A stretch of 64,000 nucleotides of DNA, from IMG/VR virus record IMGVR_UViG_3300028025_003852, positions 1 through 64,000 of that record; one strand, written 5' to 3'. Shown here piece after piece: positions 28,710 through 38,403 of the stretch. Source of the DNA: a virus. Position 1 is the first letter of the stretch. Each line of letters starts with the position of its first letter. Position numbers and translations under genes: made by a program. A model generated the notes under the pieces. The model was not told where the DNA came from. It ran no database searches and was given only the letters and a program-made list of their open reading frames with translations.

Positions 28710-28979
28710 TTAGCTGGCTATTTTTCTAATAAGCTCTTGCTCTCTTTCGTATGTTCTTATTTTGTGACAGTTTGAACAAACTACGTCACACTTAGCAACT
28801 TCGTCCCACGCTTTGTCTGGACCGTACCTCTTGAGTACACGATAGACGTTGCCAACCTTTCTATGTCCTGGTCTGTGATCAAACTCTAATACATAGTGTG
28901 GGTAAAATACACCGCAGTCAACACAGCCAGACTCTTCTTTGTACTGCTGTAGGTCTGGAAGATACTGTGTAATTGTCAT
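28710..28979 (-). CDS. Small HNH endonuclease
   Basis: CVDC...LEFDH...CDVVCSNCHKIRT. Confidence 0.85.
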   Translation of the reverse strand: MTITQYLPDLQQYKEESGCVDCGVFYPHYVLEFDHRPGHRKVGNVYRVLKRYGPDKAWDEVAKCDVVCSNCHKIRTYEREQELIRKIAS

Positions 28980-29029
28980 CCTACATCAATTATATCAGCA
29001 TAATGTATACTTGTTATTGGAGATAAAAA

Positions 29030-29725
29030 ATGGATTATGTTTATGTATGTCGTGATGGCGACAATGAAGAGCTAAGGTATTCAATTAGATCGGTTGAAAG
29101 GAATATGCCACCTGGAAATATTTGGGTTGTCGGTGGCAAACCTGATTGGTACACAGGAAACTTTTTGCCTGTCGAACAAACAAACAAAGCATACAACAAT
29201 GTTCGTGAACAGATTAGGGTTGCGTGTTCTAATGAAGAAGTTAGCGATGACTTTGTTTTAATGAACGATGACTTTTTTGTTATTAATCCTGTAAAAGAAA
29301 TACCAACGTGGTATACAGGAACACTAGCAGATAGAATAGTTGGCTTGCAACAGATGAGATCTCATAACTCTGGCTACCTAAGACTTTTAATAGTAACTAA
29401 CAATGTAATCAAAAGAAGTGGTGTTGCAGATCCACTTGACTATGAAGTTCATGTACCAATGATTATGAATAAAGAAAAGGCTTTGGCTATTTTACGCTCA
29501 AATGCACTGTGGCGATCATACTATGGAAACAAATACAATGTTGGAGGGATAAGGCATGACGATGTAAAAATTCATAGCAACACTCTTCTTGAGGACAGAG
29601 GCAGAAATTTGATCGACGTGTCTACTGAGCCATACATATCTGGCAGCGATTACAATTTTGATTTTTTGAAAGATGCTATATTGGATAAGTTATTTCCTGA
29701 TGCATCTATTTGTGAGTCCCCCTAG
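29030..29725 (+). CDS. Stealth-like sugar phosphotransferase
   Basis: ELRYSIRSVE...PDW...FVLMNDDFF. Confidence 0.7.
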   Translation: MDYVYVCRDGDNEELRYSIRSVERNMPPGNIWVVGGKPDWYTGNFLPVEQTNKAYNNVREQIRVACSNEEVSDDFVLMNDDFFVINPVKEIPTWYTGTLADRIVGLQQMRSHNSGYLRLLIVTNNVIKRSGVADPLDYEVHVPMIMNKEKALAILRSNALWRSYYGNKYNVGGIRHDDVKIHSNTLLEDRGRNLIDVSTEPYISGSDYNFDFLKDAILDKLFPDASICESP

Positions 29726-29788
29726 AGAGATTCGAACTCCCGACCTGTAGGGTAGAAACCTATTGCTCTTCCGCTGAGCTATAGAGGG
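29717..29788 (-). tRNA. tRNA-Arg(TCT)
   Basis: Acceptor CCCTCTA/TAGGGGG; anticodon loop TTTCTAC; TTCGAAT T-loop; no CCA. Confidence 0.85.
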
Positions 29789-29824
29789 AAAATTGCTAGA
29801 GACTAATTGTCTTAGCAAAATTAT

Positions 29825-30721
29825 TTATATAGCTTGTCTAAACGTTGCATATTGTATAAATTCTTTTGCAACATTCTTGTCACAAAACTTTTCAAATCCT
29901 TCAAAGCCTGGTGCAGAGTTTACTTCACAAACCTTATATCCGTCTTTGTCAATCAAAACATCTACCCCAGCAATCTCTAAGTTCAAAACTTTTGCAGCAT
30001 TTAAAGATAGATACGAAAGCTCTTCGTCTATTTCAAAAACAGATCCAGTTCCTCCACGAGAAATGTTTGCCCTGAAGTCTCCATCAGTGCTCGACCTTTT
30101 CATTGCTCCAACTATTTTTCCTCCAATTACTAAAACCCTAACATCTGTCCCTGGGTGTTCGCTAACATATTCTTGTATTAAAATGTTTAGGGGAGAATTA
30201 AGGCTACTAACAAATTCCATTAACTCTTTGAGTGACTTGGCATCTTGAACTAGGTGAACGCCATTGCCATAGCTTCCACTTAAAATTTTTATAACACAGG
30301 GAAATCCAATTTGTTTTTCTACCAATGAGGCATCAACTGGAAATCTAACCAACATTGTTTTAGGCACTGGAATGTTATGCTGTGCCAAAATTTGAGTTGA
30401 ATACATTTTGTCCTGTGCGGCATCAATGCTATCACTTGTATTTAAAACTGGAACATGCATTCTTTCCAAGTGTCTTAACACACTCATTGCATAGTAGCTT
30501 GTTCCACTACCAGTTCTTGGAATGACGACAGATGGAAGCTTTACTGTTTCATTGTTTAGTATAATGCTTCTTCTATCATTCCTTGTAACAATAAGATCAA
30601 AGTTGTCAACCTCTACATGCTTTATTTCTAAATCACGAAGTGCTGCTTCTTCAAAGATACGATTAAGTTCATAGTCGTTTTTATTGTTTTTTGTAAGATA
30701 CCAGATCATTCTTATTTCCAT
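29825..30721 (-). CDS. rimK: RimK-family ATP-grasp alpha-L-glutamate ligase
   Basis: IPRTG, GSYGNGV, QEYV, DVRVLVIG, FRANISRGG, AGVD, EVNSAPGFEG. Confidence 0.9.
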   Translation of the reverse strand: MEIRMIWYLTKNNKNDYELNRIFEEAALRDLEIKHVEVDNFDLIVTRNDRRSIILNNETVKLPSVVIPRTGSGTSYYAMSVLRHLERMHVPVLNTSDSIDAAQDKMYSTQILAQHNIPVPKTMLVRFPVDASLVEKQIGFPCVIKILSGSYGNGVHLVQDAKSLKELMEFVSSLNSPLNILIQEYVSEHPGTDVRVLVIGGKIVGAMKRSSTDGDFRANISRGGTGSVFEIDEELSYLSLNAAKVLNLEIAGVDVLIDKDGYKVCEVNSAPGFEGFEKFCDKNVAKEFIQYATFRQAI

Positions 30722-30729
30722 TCACTGAG

Positions 30730-30803
30730 TAGGGCAGATGGGGCTTGAACCCACTATCGATACCTTATAAGAGTATTGCATTTACCAGTTATGCTACTGC
30801 CCC
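30730..30803 (-). tRNA. tRNA-Ile(TAT)
   Basis: Anticodon arm ATACT-CTTATAA-GGTAT; acceptor GGGGCAG/CTGCCCT; discriminator A. Confidence 0.85.
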
Positions 30804-30812
30804 GACTAATAA

Positions 30813-30914
30813 CTATTTCTTTTTTCTTGTATAGATTAGAATATTGACAACAGCATTTAACCATACCCCTACCAGTATAATAATCTCAACAATAAATATT
30901 GGATTATCTGCCAC
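30813..30914 (-). CDS. 33-aa membrane peptide
   Basis: TAGTG coupling; hydrophobic core with basic tail. Confidence 0.4.
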   Translation of the reverse strand: MADNPIFIVEIIILVGVWLNAVVNILIYTRKKK

Positions 30915-31540
30915 TATAGTCTGATTGCCTTAGCAAATACAACACGAGATGCCATCTTCGATGCACTAATAATTGCAATAGGTGCAGAGATAGCAAGGAC
31001 AACACCAGCCCACATGCGAGGCTCAGACCAGTCCCATTCCCAAAAATCTAGGGTGTGGAATGCATTTGCAAGAACAGCAATAGCTGCAAAGCCAATCATA
31101 CCTACAACAGCACCCATAGTCTTTTCTGGTTTACCATCTTCATCAAGACGAGAACCAAGGACTAGATAGGCAATAAGGAATAGCAGATACATTAGCTCAA
31201 CAAAGAAGAAGAACAATGCTGCCATCCATTCTGCTGACAGTCCTACAAATGCTGCAACAGATGTAATACCATTAAAAGAAACAATTGCAGATGAAACAAA
31301 TGCAATACCAATTCCTGTTATCCATGTCCACAAAACAATACGTTGGTCGATCTGGATTTTAGGTGCTCGTTTAGCTTCCTGGTTTGCATACAGTTCGGCA
31401 CGACGACGCTTAGTGTTACCAGTTAAACGACTCCTGGAGACTCGCTTTGCCTTTGGATTTTCTTCTGCTGTTGGGACCACAATCTCTACCCTTGGAGGAA
31501 CCTCATCAAAGTATGATCGGGGATAACTATTTTCACTCAT
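30914..31540 (-). CDS. Four-TM membrane protein (DUF2637-like)
   Basis: Four hydrophobic segments; SF...A, AN..H, A..AP pattern. Confidence 0.65.
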   Translation of the reverse strand: MSENSYPRSYFDEVPPRVEIVVPTAEENPKAKRVSRSRLTGNTKRRRAELYANQEAKRAPKIQIDQRIVLWTWITGIGIAFVSSAIVSFNGITSVAAFVGLSAEWMAALFFFFVELMYLLFLIAYLVLGSRLDEDGKPEKTMGAVVGMIGFAAIAVLANAFHTLDFWEWDWSEPRMWAGVVLAISAPIAIISASKMASRVVFAKAIRL

Positions 31541-31562
31541 ATTTTATTTTACCATCCTATTC

Positions 31563-32252
31563 TTAAATATGTAATGCTTTAAAGCTGTTTGGAAAATGCT
31601 TTGCTACAAAGTCTTTTACAGCAAATGCATATTGTTGAATTTCTACCTGTGCATCATGCTCCATACGTTGTTCAAGGAATGTCATTACTCCTTGTAGAGA
31701 TACCGTCCAACGCCAACGTACATACATTGCATACGCAGGAAGAAAAAGACGAGCAATCTCTGGTGCGACTCCCATATTAAGGGCACCACGATATAAACCT
31801 ATAGACTCATAAACAAGACGTTCTAGTCTTTTTGTCAGTATCTTGCCATCTTCATCATAAATAGGTTTGCCACTACCTTGCTTGCTATTGTCAGGCTTCC
31901 TTCGCCATTCATTTTCTGCTGGAATATAAAACTCTTCTTCCTCAGTAATGTAGCGACGTGATGATTCATTCCATCCATTCTGGTCATCGATATGACTAGA
32001 TGCAACTGCATACTTCCACCACTGTCGTGCAACAAACAATGGTGCATAGACTTCAAAAGTCATAGCAGCGTGACGAAATGGTGATGTGTGGCCTTCACGA
32101 ATTAGGAACTCAAGTAGTTTCTCATCTTTAGAATCAAACTGCTTGGACTCTTTGTCATATGATACACGAGCTGCATTTACAATTGACAGATCGCTACCCA
32201 TAACATCTACAAGCTTTACATATCCATTATCAAGAACATCAATTTTGTCCAC
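31563..32252 (-). CDS. thyX: Flavin-dependent thymidylate synthase
   Basis: VNAARVS, HTSPF, APLFVARQW, NESSRRY, EIARLFLP, HDAQVEI; GTG start after GGAGG. Confidence 0.93.
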   Translation of the reverse strand: MDKIDVLDNGYVKLVDVMGSDLSIVNAARVSYDKESKQFDSKDEKLLEFLIREGHTSPFRHAAMTFEVYAPLFVARQWWKYAVASSHIDDQNGWNESSRRYITEEEEFYIPAENEWRRKPDNSKQGSGKPIYDEDGKILTKRLERLVYESIGLYRGALNMGVAPEIARLFLPAYAMYVRWRWTVSLQGVMTFLEQRMEHDAQVEIQQYAFAVKDFVAKHFPNSFKALHI

Positions 32253-32547
32253 GTTCAATTGCCTCCAATTCAGCAATCTTCTTATTCGAATACTCTTCGT
32301 CAATAATCATATAGTAATCTCCATACTTTTTATTTTGACGAATATAGAATCCAGCAAGGTCAGCACAGATGCCTCCCCACCAACGCTTAAAAGGATTCCT
32401 GGTTCGCTTAATGCGAACGGTATCGTAGCCAAACTCATACTCAGTATCATAAACCTCACCAGTCATTTGAGCAGCAAGATCTATAAGTTCCTCATCAGTA
32501 TAAGGAATAGAGTATGTGGCATTGCTATTATCAATAAGCCTTACCAT
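32239..32547 (-). CDS. Hypothetical protein
   Basis: Coupled ORF. Confidence 0.65.
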   Translation of the reverse strand: MVRLIDNSNATYSIPYTDEELIDLAAQMTGEVYDTEYEFGYDTVRIKRTRNPFKRWWGGICADLAGFYIRQNKKYGDYYMIIDEEYSNKKIAELEAIERGQN

Positions 32548-32768
32548 TATTGCACCTTCTTTAGTGAGATTTGTGGGACATGGTCTTCGTCTTCTCGTGT
32601 AGAAAAGTTGTCATATGCCACACCAAATAGTTCTCCATCAACCTCAACAATAATGTTGTTTTCTTTTAGAACAGAGAGAAGCTTAGCTCTCTCCTCTACA
32701 ATGACCTTTGACAAAAAGTCTTCTACGTTGATGTGGTAATGGTTCTCAACCTTGATTGGATTTTCCAT
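32547..32768 (-). CDS. Hypothetical protein
   Basis: AAGGAG RBS. Confidence 0.65.
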   Translation of the reverse strand: MENPIKVENHYHINVEDFLSKVIVEERAKLLSVLKENNIIVEVDGELFGVAYDNFSTREDEDHVPQISLKKVQ

Positions 32769-32839
32769 CTTACTCCTTGCGTCTAATTATAAATTACAGC
32801 TATTCTATAATTTTATAGCATATAGCACACAATGTCAAG

Positions 32840-33964
32840 TTATGAAGATCTTAGGGTGTTCATTCGGTGTGCAACAACTGTATCAGTTGGCTTACCGTCA
32901 CGGTATAGTCTAATAACTGCAGCTGGGTTATCTGGTGTTCCATTTACCGAAACATCTGTTCCTGGAACATTGTATGTACCATTACGAATTATTCTAGTAA
33001 TCTTACCGCTTGCCCTACCGCCAGAAGAATTCCAGCTAACCATTGATCCAACACCAATGGCCTTAATCATAACCTTCTTAGACTTAGTGAAGTCCTTACC
33101 AAAATCAGCAAACAGTGCCTTGTCTCTCATGCGTTCTACGATTCCTCGTGACCAAGAGAATCCTGCATCTCCGCCCCATGCATCCCACATGATACGACCA
33201 TTGCTAGGATTAGCAGTGTTGTTAAAATCTTTGCCCTTCTTGTCTACCTCGTGACGAGAGAAGAATGAATACATACGTCTAACTACACTGAGAGACATTG
33301 CTCTTCCTGCTACGATATCTGATGCTCTGCCCCAGCCAACTGGAGTTCCTGCACCTGTAGCTTTACCATCCTGCTTCCACTTAAGAGCACGACGTGCAGC
33401 TGACTTCATTCCTGCTGTTGGGCTAAATGTCTCTGCTTTAAACATCATTTCCATGTCCTGATCTTCTTGGCTCATGGAGTGTCCTTGCAGTTCGTCAAGT
33501 CGTGTGGCATCCTGATACATCATACCAATACTGTATGGTGTCTCTTCCCACATTCCATCTTCCTCTTCTTCGAAAACTCTGACAGACATTGCTGGATTTT
33601 CTGGTGGCATGGACTGTATGGCATACTCTGTTCCTGGTTCTCCAAGAGTTCCGCCTTCCCACATTATGTGTTCGACACGTCCGTGGACCACACCTTCTGT
33701 GGTCATTCCCATTACGTAGTCACCCTCTGTGATATCAGCTTTAGACATTTCGTTACGACGACGACCCATGCGTTCGTCCTCTTCATCGTCCATTCCAGAG
33801 TGGCCTGACTTTGCGTCAATATTGCCCTCACTAACATTGATGGCATAAATTTGATTAGCTGCTTCTTCAGCTGTATTGTGGCAACCCATTACTGTGCCAT
33901 CATCTTTAACGGCTGGGTAGCCTGAGCAACCGTAAGATCCTTTAGCACCAACTTTATAAGGCAT
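32840..33964 (-). CDS. Multi-module putative head-associated protein with C-terminal DUF2945/HVA1-like Tudor module
   Basis: Leaderless start MPYKVG; modules GCH..AEEA..Q..AI, GT.VG..RA...RMYSFFSRH...W.AWGG, VGSMVSWNSSGG..SGKI. Confidence 0.7.
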   Translation of the reverse strand: MPYKVGAKGSYGCSGYPAVKDDGTVMGCHNTAEEAANQIYAINVSEGNIDAKSGHSGMDDEEDERMGRRRNEMSKADITEGDYVMGMTTEGVVHGRVEHIMWEGGTLGEPGTEYAIQSMPPENPAMSVRVFEEEEDGMWEETPYSIGMMYQDATRLDELQGHSMSQEDQDMEMMFKAETFSPTAGMKSAARRALKWKQDGKATGAGTPVGWGRASDIVAGRAMSLSVVRRMYSFFSRHEVDKKGKDFNNTANPSNGRIMWDAWGGDAGFSWSRGIVERMRDKALFADFGKDFTKSKKVMIKAIGVGSMVSWNSSGGRASGKITRIIRNGTYNVPGTDVSVNGTPDNPAAVIRLYRDGKPTDTVVAHRMNTLRSS

Positions 33965-33981
33965 ACGAATATTATACCACG

Positions 33982-34076
33982 AAAAATCCCCCACACAAGA
34001 TTCTACCTGCAGGAGGCCACGGTCTTAAATAATAGGGTAACTAATCCATCCTAAGAGCGATGCCTGCGTGGGGGAC
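33982..34076 (-). ncRNA. About 95-nt sRNA with 14-bp terminal stem
   Basis: TATAAT 6 nt upstream; GUCCCCCACGCAGG pairs with CUUGUGUGGGGGAU via G-U pairs; U-run at 3' end. Confidence 0.6.
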
Positions 34077-34137
34077 AATTACATTATATCACTAAATATT
34101 ATTATGGTAAAATTAGGGTATATAGAATTGGAGCAAC

Positions 34138-35091
34138 ATGGCAAGAATTGCCTTCTTGGGAAACTTTAGAGTTAACTATTCCACAGAGACCCATCATACA
34201 GAAACGTTAGAGTCTATGGGACACGATGTCCACAGATTGCAAGAAACTGAAGCCAACTCAGAAAAGATATACAGAGTGGCCTCTACCTGTGACTTATTCG
34301 TTTGGGTGCACACTCATGGATGGGATACCCCTGGAAGACTAGGAATGGAGCACGTACTTCAAAAACTAAAAGCTCTTGGCATACCAACAATGACATATCA
34401 TTTAGATCTATGGTTTGGTCTTAAGCGTCAGGATGATCTTGAGAATGATCCGTTCTATAAAAATATTGGTCACTTCTTTGCTACAGATAAGCTAATGGCT
34501 AACTGGTTTAATGAGAATACAGAGGTCAATGGACACTTTCTTCCTGCTGCTGTCTTCGCTCCTGAATGCTATGTTCATCCAGCTTACGATGGGACTTTTG
34601 ATTACGATGTTATTTTTGTTGGCAGTAGAAGATATCACCCAGAATACCCATACCGTCCTCAGCTAATAGACTTCTTGCGTAATACTTATGGCGAGAGATT
34701 CTTACATGTTGGTGGAGATGGAGATACAGGTGTTGTGAGAGGTGACGATCTTAATCGAATGTATGCTCGTAGCAAAATTGCAATTGGAGACACTCTCAAT
34801 ATCAACTTTACGTATCCATACTATTCTTCAGACAGATTGTTTGAATCTACTGGTAGAGGTGGCTTCACAATCTACCCCAACATTTTTGGGTTAACAGAGT
34901 ACTTTAATGATAAAGAAGAGATTGTTTTTTATGAGCATGGAGATCTTCAAGATCTTAAGACTAAGATCGATTACTATCTTGAGAATTTTTATGAACGTGA
35001 GATCATTCGCATGGCTGGATTCAAAAGAACAAAGTCTGATCACACATACACCAATAGATGGGAAACAATCATTAAGGAGCTTGGCCTATGA
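34138..35091 (+). CDS. CgeB-like GT-B glycosyltransferase
   Basis: DVIFVGS...R...Y.RSKI.I...SDRLFE..G.GGF. Confidence 0.8.
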   Translation: MARIAFLGNFRVNYSTETHHTETLESMGHDVHRLQETEANSEKIYRVASTCDLFVWVHTHGWDTPGRLGMEHVLQKLKALGIPTMTYHLDLWFGLKRQDDLENDPFYKNIGHFFATDKLMANWFNENTEVNGHFLPAAVFAPECYVHPAYDGTFDYDVIFVGSRRYHPEYPYRPQLIDFLRNTYGERFLHVGGDGDTGVVRGDDLNRMYARSKIAIGDTLNINFTYPYYSSDRLFESTGRGGFTIYPNIFGLTEYFNDKEEIVFYEHGDLQDLKTKIDYYLENFYEREIIRMAGFKRTKSDHTYTNRWETIIKELGL

Positions 35092-35774
35092 AGTATTTAG
35101 TCTCTCTTCCATATACAAGTGAAGAATATAAGAATGATTTTTTAAAAACATGTAAGCTAGATAACGTATGTTTAATTGATAATACATCTATCAATATAGG
35201 ATTTCCTGCAAGCACAAATACTAACATGAAAAAATTTATTGAGCTTGGATATGATTGGTTTATTATTTGCGGAACCTCTATTAGATTTGGAGAAAGCGGA
35301 GGTCTAGACTTTATTGAAGCTTTAGAAAAATCTAACAACTTGGTTGTTGAAGCTCAGGTAGTATACGGATGGCACTTGATTGCATTCCATCGTACGATTA
35401 TTGAAAATGTCGGACTCTGGGATGAAAACTTTGTACCTTATGGCTATGATGATCTAGATTATAGCCTGAGAATTCATAAAACTTTTAGTGATCCAAAAAC
35501 CAGGGATAAAAAATTTGACAATATAGCTGAGCTATGGACAAAAGTTTCAATAGATGTTAACGATATCGGAATGGGCCAGAGTGTAAAGACTGGAAAGGTT
35601 GATTTTAGACCAGAGCTTAATGAGGAAACTCGTGAGTACTACAAGCGTAAGTGGGGAATGTATCCAGGTAGCGGAGAGACCATCCTAAACACATATCAGT
35701 TTCCATTTAACAACAAAGACAATGATGTAAAATATTTTCCAGCAAGAGATAGGTATGAATATCATGTCGTATAA
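35088..35774 (+). CDS. GT2-like glycosyltransferase
   Basis: IDN...NIGF; VGLWDENFVPYGYDDLDYSLR. Confidence 0.75.
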   Translation: MKYLVSLPYTSEEYKNDFLKTCKLDNVCLIDNTSINIGFPASTNTNMKKFIELGYDWFIICGTSIRFGESGGLDFIEALEKSNNLVVEAQVVYGWHLIAFHRTIIENVGLWDENFVPYGYDDLDYSLRIHKTFSDPKTRDKKFDNIAELWTKVSIDVNDIGMGQSVKTGKVDFRPELNEETREYYKRKWGMYPGSGETILNTYQFPFNNKDNDVKYFPARDRYEYHVV

Positions 35775-36615
35775 AGCATACTCAATATCGCATGGGCAGC
35801 ATGGATTTGCTGACGACAAATGGGATTTCGGTTTTATTAAAGAAGCGTTTGACAGAAACAATGTGTTAGTAAAACAAGTTAAGTCTCTTCCCAAAGTAAA
35901 GAAAGCTTTTGTAGTTGCACCTGGATTTGAGTGGACAGGATCAGAAGAAGAGCTAAATAAAAACCTAAATAATATTGAAAAGGTTGTTCTATTCATAACT
36001 TCAGATGAGCTTGGAGTTTTTGACATAGAAAAGATTAGTCATCCTAATATAAAGATATGGGTTCAGTATCCGTATGAAAAGCATCAAGATTATTACAAGA
36101 TGCCTCTTGGATCACCTAGTAGGATTGTTGACTTTATTCCCGAATACCCTGAAAAAAAATACGACACATTCTTTTCTGGTCAGATAACCCATAGCAGAAG
36201 AAAAGAACTTGCAGAGGTTATGCCTAATCTAAAAAATTCTTTATTCAATCCTACAGAAGGCTTTACTCAGGGGTATGAGCCAACTGAATACTACAAGTTT
36301 TTATCTCAGTCTAGAATAGCTCCTTGTCCTGCTGGCGTAGCATCCATTGATTCATTTAGATTCTTTGAATCAATAGAGATGATGGCTATACCTATTGGTG
36401 ATACAAAAAGCTCATCTGACGAACCCTTTGATTTCTGGACCTTTGTTTTTGGAGAAAACGAAATTATAAAAACAGACAATTGGAAGATGTTACCCAAAAT
36501 AGTAAGAAAAACTTTAGCAAACTATCCAGCAAATCTTCATCAAACTGTTTCCTGGTGGATCAGATATAAGAGGGACTTTGCAAACAAAATTATGGAGCAG
36601 ATAAATGAAGATTGA
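35755..36615 (+). CDS. Exostosin/GT47-like glycosyltransferase
   Basis: FFSGQ..H.RR; Y...L..S...PCPAG...DSFRFFESI. Confidence 0.7.
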   Translation: MNIMSYKAYSISHGQHGFADDKWDFGFIKEAFDRNNVLVKQVKSLPKVKKAFVVAPGFEWTGSEEELNKNLNNIEKVVLFITSDELGVFDIEKISHPNIKIWVQYPYEKHQDYYKMPLGSPSRIVDFIPEYPEKKYDTFFSGQITHSRRKELAEVMPNLKNSLFNPTEGFTQGYEPTEYYKFLSQSRIAPCPAGVASIDSFRFFESIEMMAIPIGDTKSSSDEPFDFWTFVFGENEIIKTDNWKMLPKIVRKTLANYPANLHQTVSWWIRYKRDFANKIMEQINED

Positions 36616-37363
36616 AGACGTAACAATAGTTATCCCAACATCTGTTAGTCCTATACATCCTAGTACTGAAATTATTGATGCCGTGATATCTGGTGCTAGA
36701 CAATACTTTCCAAACAACGAAATCATATTACAAATAGATGGTCTTAGAGAAGAGCAGGCACATCGTAAAGATCAGTACGATGAATATAAAAGTCGTGTAC
36801 TATGGAAATGTTTGCATGAATGGAAGAATGTTGTTCCTATAGTCTTTGATCATCACGAGCATCAGTCTAACATGATGTGGAAGACTATCGATCTTATCAG
36901 AACACCACTAATGTTTTATAATGAAGGAGACATCGCACTCCAGGATGATCTAGATGTAGACTGGCAAGAGGTCGTTAGCATGTTCAATAATGATAAAGCA
37001 TATACCGTTCGATTCTATTCGTATCATTATCAAATAGAGGAGGCCCACCAACACCTAATGCTTGAGCAAAAGGGAAACTATGTTAGAAGCTTTCAGTGGA
37101 GCCAGCAGCCACACATATCTCGTGTAGACTATTACAGAAATGTAGTTCTTCCAAACACTACCCCCAACCTATTCATTGAAGATAAGTTTTATGGAAAGAT
37201 ATTTGCAGATTGTCACGAGACTTTGGAAAGATGGAGAGAGCACAGACTTTGGTTATACAACCCACCAGGAAAAGATATTAGGATAGTTAACAACTTAGAT
37301 GGAAGAAAAGGTCTTAGAAAGTTTACAAGTGATGACGAAGCCTGGGGACTGACAGAAGCATGA
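36605..37363 (+). CDS. GT-A-like glycosyltransferase
   Basis: VTIVIPT...HPS; FYNEGD; WSQQPH; LDGR. Confidence 0.6.
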   Translation: MKIEDVTIVIPTSVSPIHPSTEIIDAVISGARQYFPNNEIILQIDGLREEQAHRKDQYDEYKSRVLWKCLHEWKNVVPIVFDHHEHQSNMMWKTIDLIRTPLMFYNEGDIALQDDLDVDWQEVVSMFNNDKAYTVRFYSYHYQIEEAHQHLMLEQKGNYVRSFQWSQQPHISRVDYYRNVVLPNTTPNLFIEDKFYGKIFADCHETLERWREHRLWLYNPPGKDIRIVNNLDGRKGLRKFTSDDEAWGLTEA

Positions 37364-38403
37364 GAATAGGAATAATTGCTAGATGTGACAACACTGGTCT
37401 TGGAAACCAGACACGAGAGCTTGTAAGTATGTTGAACCCTAGCAAGGTAATGGTTATAGATTTTTCAGGGTATAATCCAATTAAACAAGATCCCTCAATA
37501 TATAACGGATACAATACTTACAACATAGGTGCAGCACCAAGTGACAATCAGGTGAAGGAGTTTTTGAAAGACTTAGATGTAGTCATAAGCTGTGAGACAT
37601 TCTACAACAACAGCATACCAGACATAGCAAGATCTATGAATGTTAAAACATATCTTCAGTATAACTATGAGCTGTTTGGATACTTGGCTGATAGAAAGAT
37701 GCCTCTTGCAGATGTCTTGTTGTCTCCAAGCACATGGTACTTTCAAAAAACAAAACAAAAGCTTGGCAATGTAGTTGAAGGTTTTTATCACATTCCTCCT
37801 CCAACTACCCCAGAACTATTTACTGAAGCTAAGAATATTAATCTATCAAAAGATCACAAAAGGATTTTGCACATAGCTGGAAAGCCTGCAGCCAAGGATC
37901 GCAACGGAACAATGGATGTCGTAGAGATGCTGAGGTACTCTAAGGCCGATTATGAATTAGTGGTGCATACACAAGTACCCCTAGAAATAACTCAACATGA
38001 TAGTAGATTAACAATCATTGCTGACAACATTGAGGACCGACAGGACATGTATTCTGGCTACGACGCAATGGTTCTTCCTAGAAGATATGCTGGATTGTGT
38101 CTACCAATGAATGAAGCTTTGCTTAGCGGCCTTCCAGTATTCATGACAGATATATCACCAAACAATTCTATACTGCCAAAAGAATGGTTGATCCCCTCAC
38201 ACGAATATGGATACATAAAAACCAAGGCTCGTGTATTGATGTTCCAGGTTAACATTAAAGAGCTTGCTGGCAGTATCGATGAGTATATAAATAGCAATGG
38301 TAAGCTCCAACAAAAAGAAAGAGCTTACCAAATTGGCTATGAGAACTTCTCTCCAGATGTCCTCAGAAATAGGTATGAAGTTATTTTTAATCGTTACCGT
38401 TAG
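37360..38403 (+). CDS. GT4 glycosyltransferase
   Basis: YDAMVLPRRYAGLCLPMNEALLSGLPVF. Confidence 0.8.
   Translation: MRIGIIARCDNTGLGNQTRELVSMLNPSKVMVIDFSGYNPIKQDPSIYNGYNTYNIGAAPSDNQVKEFLKDLDVVISCETFYNNSIPDIARSMNVKTYLQYNYELFGYLADRKMPLADVLLSPSTWYFQKTKQKLGNVVEGFYHIPPPTTPELFTEAKNINLSKDHKRILHIAGKPAAKDRNGTMDVVEMLRYSKADYELVVHTQVPLEITQHDSRLTIIADNIEDRQDMYSGYDAMVLPRRYAGLCLPMNEALLSGLPVFMTDISPNNSILPKEWLIPSHEYGYIKTKARVLMFQVNIKELAGSIDEYINSNGKLQQKERAYQIGYENFSPDVLRNRYEVIFNRYR

Noticed and set aside
29717-29788. Possible amber suppressor (CTA in the anticodon loop)
   Set aside because: Stem register puts TCT at positions 34-36; TAG is used as a normal stop and long genes are uninterrupted, so no recoding
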